Positions 23,016 to 33,308 of a DNA stretch of 33,308 nt are shown in pieces (positions within the stretch are counted from its first letter, which is position 1; every line of letters starts with the position of its first letter). Both the position numbers and the translations under genes were made by a program. The stretch is from Candidatus Micrarchaeota archaeon (GTDB lineage Archaea > Micrarchaeota > Micrarchaeia > Anstonellales > J096), in contig JANXEC010000002.1 of assembly GCA_025058915.1 (NCBI GenBank), forward strand, positions 1 to 33,308. Reading direction: 5' to 3'. A model generated the notes under the pieces. It saw only the letters and a list, made by a program, of their open reading frames with translations. It was not told the origin of the DNA and did no database searches.

Positions 23016-24252
23016 TGTATTTGTATATGCATCTAGTTGCGATCAGGGTGGATTTATCAGTGAGGAGTGTCTAGAGAGAGATATATTTGGAAAATTCGAC
23101 CAGAATTCATTTGAAGCAGCTATCAAGAAGATATTTCAAGATACCAAAACCAGCACTATGAACATGATAGAGAATTTTATAGTTAATGTGATAGCTCCAT
23201 ACACAGTATGTAAATCCACCAATCCGGTGGATGCAACCACACTACTCAACACCACAGCAGTTATAGTATTCATATCGATGATGCTAGTGTTTATACTGAA
23301 TGGAGTTGCATCTATGCTTGGTAGTCAGTGGAGGATCTCTGTACTAGAGGAGGGATTACAGGGATTGATATCTATCCTCGTGGTTCTGATTATAGTGTCT
23401 GTTCTGAATTACTACACTACTAACAATATATTCCAAGAATCCAAGAAGTACATAGTGAATCTGATTGTTAATTTCTCGTTCTTCACAATGCTACTGAAGA
23501 CTCTTGAGACTATGATGATTGGATTATCAAACCTAACTTTGCCATTTGGACCTCCCGATGCCAGAGGGATATTCAGTATATCCTTCTCCCAACTCTTCAC
23601 AATCATCTTCAAATCTCTAGATGTGATAAAGGGATTCTTCAGTCTAGGAATTCTGGAATACGTGTTTAAATTGTTCATCCTATGTATCGGACCTCATGTG
23701 ATAATACAGATATTACTCCCTGTAGGCATACTCATGAGAGCATTCTACTTCACAAGACCAGGAGGAAATGTGTTGGTGGGTATATCAATAGCCTTCATAA
23801 TGATATATCCTATCATAATGTATGTATATTCAAAAATCTACAACAGTATTTCGATGATATGGGATGTATACTTAACAGAATCTGTGTATAGACTTTTGGT
23901 AGGTATTATGGGAGGAATAGCTATTGTATTAATACCTCTAGCCATAAAGGCATTCATAGGCATGACCTTTAACCAAATAGCAAACATTGCAGGTATAGCA
24001 AACATATGGATGGCAATCAGGAGAAATGTAGAGATAATTAATATGAATTCATTTGGAATAGCATCAGTATTGAATCTAACTCAAATAGTACCTGTTCTGT
24101 ACTATCTGGTATTTGGATATCTCCAGCTCGCACTGATCTTCGGAGCAATACTAGGTCCTCTAGCCCTATACCTCACAGTATCCTTAACAGGTCAGATAAG
24201 CAGAGCTCTTGGTACTGAGATAAACATAGCTGCTCTGTCGAGGTTGATATAA
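22978..24252 (+). CDS. Paralog D (about 424 aa) of the same family, with an N-terminal signal peptide and lipobox-like Cys
   Basis: The track start at 22942 is TTG. The next in-frame ATG is 72 codons downstream, so a non-ATG start is needed (candidates GTG 22975/22978, TTG 22984/22990). That would give (M)TLRLLVLLVLFSVFVYASS|C. The core block MRAFYFTRPGGNVLVGISIAFIMIYP is at nt 23734-23811. A C-x9-C pair (CDQGGFISEEC) is present. The C-terminus is GTEINIAALSRLI. Confidence 0.75.
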   Translation: MTLRLLVLLVLFSVFVYASSCDQGGFISEECLERDIFGKFDQNSFEAAIKKIFQDTKTSTMNMIENFIVNVIAPYTVCKSTNPVDATTLLNTTAVIVFISMMLVFILNGVASMLGSQWRISVLEEGLQGLISILVVLIIVSVLNYYTTNNIFQESKKYIVNLIVNFSFFTMLLKTLETMMIGLSNLTLPFGPPDARGIFSISFSQLFTIIFKSLDVIKGFFSLGILEYVFKLFILCIGPHVIIQILLPVGILMRAFYFTRPGGNVLVGISIAFIMIYPIIMYVYSKIYNSISMIWDVYLTESVYRLLVGIMGGIAIVLIPLAIKAFIGMTFNQIANIAGIANIWMAIRRNVEIINMNSFGIASVLNLTQIVPVLYYLVFGYLQLALIFGAILGPLALYLTVSLTGQISRALGTEINIAALSRLI

Positions 24253-24253
24253 T

Positions 24254-25639
24254 ATGAGCATCTCACATGATAAACCCAACATAGATGAGAATGCAATACA
24301 GATGAATGTAGACCAGATGATAGGTTTGTTATCGAGTACATGCACAGATCCTATCAAAGATAGATGTAGAATGGAGGATCAGACCATAGCAGAGATATTC
24401 GAATCTATCAAACCTCAACTGGGATTGTTCAGTAAAGCTATAGACGAGGCTGTTGACAAGGCTATAGGGAATCTCTACAGACTAGGAGCAGGAGGCATGG
24501 GGATATTCGAAGATAAATACTGTGGATACGTACAGAATCTTGGTTATATTACATCGATGATAGGTTGGGGAATGATAGTGGTATTGTCTTACATTTTAAT
24601 AGACTTCATTGCTAGGATCATAGGGAACTCAAAATACTCTGCAATAGCAAGGAGAGAGATATTTGAAATAATAATACTCATCCCGCTCCTACTGGCATTG
24701 CTCAATCTACCTTGTGTGTTGAGGTTGAATGATAATGTTCCTATACACTCAAAGTCTCTTCTATATATACATTCTGCTATTATTTCCTCTATGATATCCA
24801 TAATACCGATCAGTTACTATGGAGCCAGTGTTGCAATGCATTCAATAACGATAGTCCAGAACCTAGGGGGAGGTGCACCTCAGACGGCTCCTCTTGCAGC
24901 CCAATACTATGAATCTGCTCTATCTCTGGCCAAGCAGGCAGCAACATTTCTCACTCTATCTTTCATATGGGTAGGTACATTTGGATTTATGTTTGATATA
25001 TTCACATATGGATTTGTGAAGTACCTACTACCAATAGCCATAATTCTAAGATCAATTCCATTCACAAAGAGTCTAGGGGGTGGTCTGATTGGATTGATCA
25101 TAGCAACTAATTTATTCATCCCTATCATCCTATCTGTGAACTACGAACTCATAAAGATGTTTGGGCCAGGTTATTTCTACTACTCTGGAAACAATGTTAA
25201 GTTCAAGTTCAATCCATGGATTGAGATGGTTATTCATATATTTGCAGGTTTTGTGATCCTCATGTCAATACTTCAGTTGTTGATGGGATTCAGATTGTTT
25301 ATAGACGTAATCAATGCAATTCAGAGATTTAGGGTCTGGCAATCGATAAGAGAAGGATTTAGGAGATTGCTAGGGTCTCTGGTAGGTCAAGGTGGAGGAG
25401 TGGCATCCACTCTCATAGATATATTCATGGTTATGAGAGTTCTATCGGTACCTACGATCAGAACCTTTGCATTCCAAATACCATTACTGCTGCTGATTGC
25501 ATTCATCGTAGTTGCTGCAATCATATTCAACATTCTCTTACCAACACTCACATTCCTGTTCTTGACATCTACTATTAAGTATCTCTCATCTATGTTTGGT
25601 GAGGAATTTGATCTTGCTAACCTCACGAGGTTGATCTAG
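24254..25639 (+). CDS. Paralog E (461 aa) of the same family, with an N-terminal soluble extension of about 95 aa
   Basis: A 1-nt spacer follows D. The core block LRSIPFTKSLGGGLIGLIIATNLFIP is at nt 25046-25123. A C-x7-C pair (CTDPIKDRC) is present. The C-terminus is GEEFDLANLTRLI. Confidence 0.85.
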   Translation: MSISHDKPNIDENAIQMNVDQMIGLLSSTCTDPIKDRCRMEDQTIAEIFESIKPQLGLFSKAIDEAVDKAIGNLYRLGAGGMGIFEDKYCGYVQNLGYITSMIGWGMIVVLSYILIDFIARIIGNSKYSAIARREIFEIIILIPLLLALLNLPCVLRLNDNVPIHSKSLLYIHSAIISSMISIIPISYYGASVAMHSITIVQNLGGGAPQTAPLAAQYYESALSLAKQAATFLTLSFIWVGTFGFMFDIFTYGFVKYLLPIAIILRSIPFTKSLGGGLIGLIIATNLFIPIILSVNYELIKMFGPGYFYYSGNNVKFKFNPWIEMVIHIFAGFVILMSILQLLMGFRLFIDVINAIQRFRVWQSIREGFRRLLGSLVGQGGGVASTLIDIFMVMRVLSVPTIRTFAFQIPLLLLIAFIVVAAIIFNILLPTLTFLFLTSTIKYLSSMFGEEFDLANLTRLI

Positions 25640-26618
25640 ATGGATCAGTACCAAGTAATAGCAATAGGGATTGCATTCTTGGGTGTTATCATAGGCATTA
25701 TATTGTATCAGATCTCAAAGATCTTCAACCTAGGAGGTCTGAAGAGAATATCCGAGATATTCATATGGGAAGCTGGAGTTACGATACTACTGGCACTATT
25801 CATATTTCTCATAGTAGATAGGATGAATAGTTTTCTATTCGATGTATCCGAGATGATGTATAAAAGTATAGGTAGAGATATTTCCCAGATAACTCCAAAA
25901 ACACCTATGGCTGCTGCCAAGGCAGTCTTGAAGGAACTCATAAATAGTTGTTATCTCAGTACATATGGAATACTAGTACTGAACAGGATCGTACTTGAAT
26001 CCTTAGGATCCTCGATATCGGATTTGGGTGCAGAGGTCGGTAGGCTTCCTACTGCAACTGTGGCATATGCTCTGATATATATTTCAGATCTGCTGAGAAT
26101 AATGTTCTTCCTGCTATGGACCAGTATAGCAATGCTTAAGATCTTCCTATTCTTCTCAGCATACTACCCATTTCTGATCATGTTAGGTATAATTCTGAGA
26201 GCATTTGAACCTACAAAGTCTATGGGAGCATATCTGATCAGTCTAGGCATAGGATTATATATTGTATTACCAACAGCCTATACAGTAGGATTGGTCCTAA
26301 ATTATAATGATTTACTATGCAAATTGCCTGAATCTTTCAGAGGTGATCAGACACTTCAGATGGGGGTGGCAAATGCAATAGATATAGGCGAGAATGCAAA
26401 GAGTTTCATGGGATTTAGTAGTATGTTAGTTATGTTGTCTTCTGGTTTTATAATATTACTGAATCCTAACCTTATGGTATCTCTCATATACTCTGTCATG
26501 TCTCTGGCTCTGATTACTCCTCTGATAGCTTTCATAATAGCCCTGTCCTTTGTGAACATATCTACAACTGCTCTTGGAGGTAGAATAAGTGAAGTTGGTA
26601 GAGGATTGTTCAGATTGG

Positions 26619-26623
<5 letters not shown>
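25640..26623 (+). CDS. Paralog F (327 aa) of the same membrane protein family
   Basis: The ATG abuts the stop of E. The core block LRAFEPTKSMGAYLISLGIGLYIVLP is at nt 26195-26272. The C-terminus is GGRISEVGRGLFRLV. Confidence 0.85.
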
Positions 26624-29273
<2,650 letters not shown>

Positions 29274-29312
29274 AATAGCTTTTTATAGAGAATTAACTAC
29301 TTAAAAGAAACT

Positions 29313-30215
29313 ATGATAGTCATAACTGGAGGAAAAGGTTTTATAGGAGGACATCTATACGATTATGCAATCCAACACGAGCAGGAGGTAATAGTTATAG
29401 ATAATCTCTCCCATCCCTCCCAAAGATCCACTCACATACCATTCATTAGGCTAGATCTAGCGAATGATAATATTTACTATTTGAAAGATGTTGATGTTAT
29501 ATATCATCTTGCTGCAGACATATCTGTGATCAACAGTATGAAAAATCCACTATACACTTACAGAAACAACATGATGTCTCTACTTAACATGCTCGAGTTG
29601 GCTAGAAAGAAAGATGCCAAGTTTGTTTTCTCCAGTTCTGCAGCAGTATATGGAAACACCCCTGAAGGGATCAAGGTTGATGAAACTTTTCCTCTAAGAC
29701 CCACTAGTGTATATGGACTGTCTAAACTACATGGTGAACACCTAATAGAGATGTATCATCAGAACTATGGTATTGATTATTGTATTCTGAGGTATTCGAA
29801 TGTGTATGGCCCTGGAGCTGATCTGGAAGGAGGGGTTATATCTAAGTTTACTAGCAAGATGTTGAGGAATGAACAAGTTGAAATATACGGAGATCCTGTG
29901 AGAGATTTTATATATGTTGATGATGTAGCGAAGATTACCTACCTAGCTAGATATCACACAGGAAAATACAATCTTAGCAGTGGAGTGCCAACCAGGATAA
30001 TCGATCTTTTCAACAGTCTATCAAGACTTACAAATTATACTAAAACTCCAATCCTCCAACCCCAGAGACAGGGCGAGATAAAATACAGTGTCCTTGATAA
30101 TAAAAAACTCATGACGGAATTCAAAGATTCACTGGAGAGGTATTCTGTATCTCTAACTCCTCTTGAACTAGGATTAAGAAGAACAGTTGAATATATAAAG
30201 TCTTTGTTCAGATAA
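29313..30215 (+). CDS. NAD-dependent epimerase/dehydratase (UDP-glucose 4-epimerase-like SDR)
   Basis: ITGGKGFIGGHL (Rossmann GxxGxxG), SSAAVYG and the YGLSK catalytic YxxxK motif. Confidence 0.75.
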   Translation: MIVITGGKGFIGGHLYDYAIQHEQEVIVIDNLSHPSQRSTHIPFIRLDLANDNIYYLKDVDVIYHLAADISVINSMKNPLYTYRNNMMSLLNMLELARKKDAKFVFSSSAAVYGNTPEGIKVDETFPLRPTSVYGLSKLHGEHLIEMYHQNYGIDYCILRYSNVYGPGADLEGGVISKFTSKMLRNEQVEIYGDPVRDFIYVDDVAKITYLARYHTGKYNLSSGVPTRIIDLFNSLSRLTNYTKTPILQPQRQGEIKYSVLDNKKLMTEFKDSLERYSVSLTPLELGLRRTVEYIKSLFR

Positions 30216-30221
30216 TAACTC

Positions 30222-30785
30222 ATGGACAGCACCCAACAGATCCAGAATTACTATGATCAAATCTTAGATAGTAGAAAACCTAGAGAGCTTCATAGAGCTG
30301 CTATTCAGATGTTTACCACATTTCCAGATCTCGTAAATCGTGAAAATACTAGAGACTTGGTGATAAATAAATACAAATCCTTAAAAGTTCCGTATGAGCG
30401 CAGAAGAGAACTATTAGTAAGAATTCTTTCATCTGACACTGAACTACACAAACTCAATACTCTGATAGAGTGGAAAAGAAAGTTATTCGATGAACCATAT
30501 CAACTCGACCTCTTAACAGTTATCGATGATGTTACGGAGATTTACTCTAAGTCTAAGACTATCCCTGCTCTTCAATATCTAATACTTTTCAGTACTAATT
30601 TCAATGATAATCTTAAATCTATAAAACTCAGAGAGGCACTTGGATTTTTGAAAAACCTTGAGCAGGCAAATAATCTCAAGAACCTCTCAAAATCTATAGC
30701 TAAATTACTAGGCATCAATGATCCAAATGAACTTTGTATCAATGACATTATGAATTCATTCAAATTAGACACAAAAAAATTCTAG
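30222..30785 (+). CDS. Hypothetical helical protein
   Basis: ATG lies 6 nt after the epimerase stop. No recognisable motifs. Confidence 0.5.
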   Translation: MDSTQQIQNYYDQILDSRKPRELHRAAIQMFTTFPDLVNRENTRDLVINKYKSLKVPYERRRELLVRILSSDTELHKLNTLIEWKRKLFDEPYQLDLLTVIDDVTEIYSKSKTIPALQYLILFSTNFNDNLKSIKLREALGFLKNLEQANNLKNLSKSIAKLLGINDPNELCINDIMNSFKLDTKKF

Positions 30786-31339
30786 ACGACTCTCTCACCG
30801 AACACGAGATAGGCTGTATGATAGAGTTGTTTGTGTTTAGGTCTTAATACATTACTATCAACCTCCCATTCCTCCAGAACACTTCTCAGAAGATATGCTC
30901 TAAATCTGAGAGATTTTAAGAGTTCATAGGATTCCTTTGCCTGATTGATATTAGGTAAATACAGAACAACCCATTTCATAACTCTATCCACAACGTTTGG
31001 TAGTATCTCATGGAAGTCTGGCGAGTCTATGAGATACAGATAAGCATTCTGTTTGGCATTTTTACCATCATCATTTATCAATTCTACATTATGGAATTCC
31101 CTTAGGTTCTCTCTAAGTATTGTGAAAACATCCTCTCTTCTTTCGAATACATATACTCTCTTTGCTACCCTTGCTAGGTAGAATGTTGCAAATCCACTCC
31201 CTCCTCCTATCTCCACTACCTCATCATCTTTTGACAGTGCTGTTATTGATATTATTATTCCAATATCTTTAGGTAAAATCACTGCAGTTTTCCTCCTGAA
31301 TTTAGATAGTCTGTCATCTATGAAGAACTTCTTTACCAT
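30782..31339 (-). CDS. SAM-dependent methyltransferase, TrmI/Gcd14-like (tRNA m1A-type catalytic domain)
   Basis: ILPKDIGIIISITALSKDDEVVEIGGGSGFATFYLA (SAM motif I), VYVFERRED, YLIDSPDF and the order of the remaining elements resemble TrmI. Confidence 0.55.
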   Translation of the reverse strand: MVKKFFIDDRLSKFRRKTAVILPKDIGIIISITALSKDDEVVEIGGGSGFATFYLARVAKRVYVFERREDVFTILRENLREFHNVELINDDGKNAKQNAYLYLIDSPDFHEILPNVVDRVMKWVVLYLPNINQAKESYELLKSLRFRAYLLRSVLEEWEVDSNVLRPKHKQLYHTAYLVFGERVV

Positions 31340-31460
31340 GTTATTTTATGATGCTGAATGCTTTATATTCTATACAGTTTTACAGAAAAGTGAATTTGGG
31401 TTTTTATTTTAGTGTAATGGATCTTTTTGGGTGTTTGGAAAACTGGCTTGAAATAGAAAT

Positions 31461-31500
31461 ATTTAAAAAGGTTTTGGTTTTCTTTATAATCAACGGTGAT
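31461..31500 (+). promoter_or_regulatory. S-layer gene promoter (ATTTAAAAAG at 31461-31470) plus Shine-Dalgarno GGTGAT (31495-31500)
   Basis: The TATA box is centred about 42 nt upstream of ATG 31507, implying a leader of about 16 nt. GGTGAT lies 6 nt before the ATG and is complementary to the conserved 16S 3' end. Confidence 0.45.
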
Positions 31501-31506
31501 CGAAAA

Positions 31507-33308
31507 ATGAAAAAGATGTCTGCAAAGAAGATAGGAGCTGTGTTAGGAGCAGCTCTAGTGGCTAGCTCTGCATTTGGAGCAGTATCTTTTGAGAACACAG
31601 AGCTAGTCTCAAATAATGGTCAGGTAGTAGCAAAGGTAGTAGTAGGATCCAAAGCACAACCATCTGATGGAGTGGCTGCAGCAAAGATAGCATCTTACCT
31701 AGCAAGCAGAGCATTCTCCAAGAGACAGGTATCTGCAGAGTTAGAGGGTCAGGCAGTATGTAGAATCACAAATGGAACAAGCGATGCAAGATGTGAAGTT
31801 GTTAACAAGAGTGTAGATCTAACCATAATAATGCCTGGTCTGAGGAGTAGGCAGGTTGTTCAGCTAAACCCTCTGATAGGAGAGACACTAGATACAGAGC
31901 TAGGAGACAGAGATGCACCAGGATCTAGTGATTCATTGAATGTCCTAACAAAGTTATGGGATGACTTTGCACACCCAGATCAGAATCAGGTAGGATCATC
32001 AGGTCTATTTGGAATAAGTAGTTCATCACCATATGATGCATTTGTAATAGACTATAGAAACTTTGATGGATTCAAAATACACACTGTTGCAGGTAGAGGA
32101 ATACAGAACGTTCAGGAGAAGGAGAGAGTGTATGTTAAAGGAGAAACCTACTATGATGATGGGCAGGTAAAGTTTAGGCTCAGAGATCTAATATACTCTG
32201 CAGTGTTTGGACCTGACAACAGTGGATTACCTCTATGTCCTGGAGATGTACAGAAAGATTATAATAGCTGTGAACCTAGCAAGAGAATAGAGGCATCTAG
32301 AGCACAGATCAAGTTCATGGGACAGAATTGGTATATAACAAAAGTAGACATACCTGTACAGAGTTCAGGAGCTCCTACTCAATCTCAACAAATATACACT
32401 GTATCTGGTGCAGAGATACATTTAGCAAAGGAGTCAACATATGGAATTATAAATGTAGGAGAATCGTTGTCAACAGAGGATGGACAGTTGAGAGTGGTAT
32501 TAGATGATATAAACAAGAACGATATCCAGAACAACCCTGCAATTATATCTGTAGTCGATAGGAACAACAATACATTAGTGCAGGATCAGATAAGACCTGG
32601 AGAGACAAAGACTCTACAGCTAGGAGGTGGTAGAACGATTAAGGTTCACGTGTATCAGACTGCACCTGGTACTGTGCTATTAGCAAAATGGGCAGAGTTG
32701 GCAATTCTCAAAGATTCAATAGTGTTGAGACACGGAGATGAGTTCTTGGATGACCAGAACACAGTGTATAGTGTCGGTATAGGATTCACTCACAGAAGAG
32801 CATCCTCATCTCTATCTCCATTCACAGCAACTCATCTAAAAGAGATAGTAGTATATGCAACAGGTCTAAATGAAGCAATGAAGAAAGGTGATAAATATCA
32901 TCTAACAGACGTCCAGGGATACAAAGTGTTTGAACTAACATACGATGGACTAACAAATCCTTCTATGAACAACATAAATCTTAGATACTCTACAAGTAGT
33001 ATTACTGGAACATTAGCAGACGGCAATCTATATTCATTTGATGTAACTGAATATGTAGAAGTCCAACTAGGTCAACCAGTAAGAGTAACAGCAAGAGCAG
33101 GAGGGGGAAATAATAATCCTGATACAACTTTCGAGACCAAGACATTATACTTTGTCACAGCTAACCTCCCTAGTTCTACAGTAAAGGTAGGTGATCTTCT
33201 GGTAAGAGATAGTGGAAGATGGTATTATGTAGATAATCCTGGAACTATTACATTGGATTATAGACCTGCAGGTAATATATATGGAAAATTGTTATTCAAT
33301 ACTAGTTT
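31507..33308 (+). CDS. S-layer protein (Methanococcales/Thermococcales-type N-terminal domain), 5' 600 codons; continues beyond the window
   Basis: Absent from the ORF track because no stop lies in the window. Hand translation gives MKKMSAKKIGAVLGAALVASSAFG|AVSFENTELVSNNGQVVAKVVVGSKAQPSDGVAAAKIASYLAS... The signal peptide plus the VVVG-x5-D-x2-AA-x-IA motif is typical of archaeal S-layer N-domains. The rest is beta-rich T/V/G/N-rich sequence with two Cys pairs and N-x-S/T sequons. Confidence 0.8.
   Translation, partial: MKKMSAKKIGAVLGAALVASSAFGAVSFENTELVSNNGQVVAKVVVGSKAQPSDGVAAAKIASYLASRAFSKRQVSAELEGQAVCRITNGTSDARCEVVNKSVDLTIIMPGLRSRQVVQLNPLIGETLDTELGDRDAPGSSDSLNVLTKLWDDFAHPDQNQVGSSGLFGISSSSPYDAFVIDYRNFDGFKIHTVAGRGIQNVQEKERVYVKGETYYDDGQVKFRLRDLIYSAVFGPDNSGLPLCPGDVQKDYNSCEPSKRIEASRAQIKFMGQNWYITKVDIPVQSSGAPTQSQQIYTVSGAEIHLAKESTYGIINVGESLSTEDGQLRVVLDDINKNDIQNNPAIISVVDRNNNTLVQDQIRPGETKTLQLGGGRTIKVHVYQTAPGTVLLAKWAELAILKDSIVLRHGDEFLDDQNTVYSVGIGFTHRRASSSLSPFTATHLKEIVVYATGLNEAMKKGDKYHLTDVQGYKVFELTYDGLTNPSMNNINLRYSTSSITGTLADGNLYSFDVTEYVEVQLGQPVRVTARAGGGNNNPDTTFETKTLYFVTANLPSSTVKVGDLLVRDSGRWYYVDNPGTITLDYRPAGNIYGKLLFNTS

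Noticed and set aside
31340-31506. 167-nt non-coding stretch checked for a tRNA or small RNA gene
   Set aside because: It is very AT-rich, with no acceptor or anticodon-stem complementarity that I could fold by eye. It is better explained as two divergent promoters plus the S-layer leader. A small RNA cannot be excluded without covariance-model searches.

Overview
AT-rich, extremely gene-dense archaeal chromosome segment of about 36 protein genes. I found no rRNA, tRNA, CRISPR array or mobile element. Archaeal origin is supported by RpoK, ribosomal protein S19e with its usual PDCD5-like neighbour, archaeal-type GluRS and type-4 TyrRS, RtcB, an EndoQ-like PHP protein, a Fap7-like kinase, an S-layer protein, and TTTAAAAA-type TATA boxes about 26-29 nt upstream of start codons, implying mostly leaderless mRNAs. 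Seven gene junctions are ATGA overlaps and conserved operons are scrambled, which suggests (inference only) a small-genome, possibly thermophilic, DPANN-like archaeon. Recognisable genes include a dUTPase-family protein, thiolase, beta-carbonic anhydrase, malic enzyme, a two-CxxC protein disulfide oxidoreductase, SerRS, a GalE-like epimerase and a TrmI-like methyltransferase. Three genes missing from the ORF track were recovered by hand: a >=520-aa polytopic membrane protein (1-1560, minus), rpoK (8170-8325) and the 5' 600 codons of an S-layer gene (31507-33308). The main candidate for a novel system is a 7.4-kb operon of six abutting paralogous polytopic membrane proteins (19184-26623). They share a gap-free 26-aa core block, an N-proximal TM-linker-TM element and a conserved extreme C-terminal motif, and I cannot place them in any family. 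Secondary candidates are a three-gene operon around a Rad50/SMC-like ATPase with a hydrophobic hairpin where the zinc hook should be, a 10-repeat cysteine-rich lipoprotein coupled to rpoK, and a 67-aa acidic DW-repeat protein.
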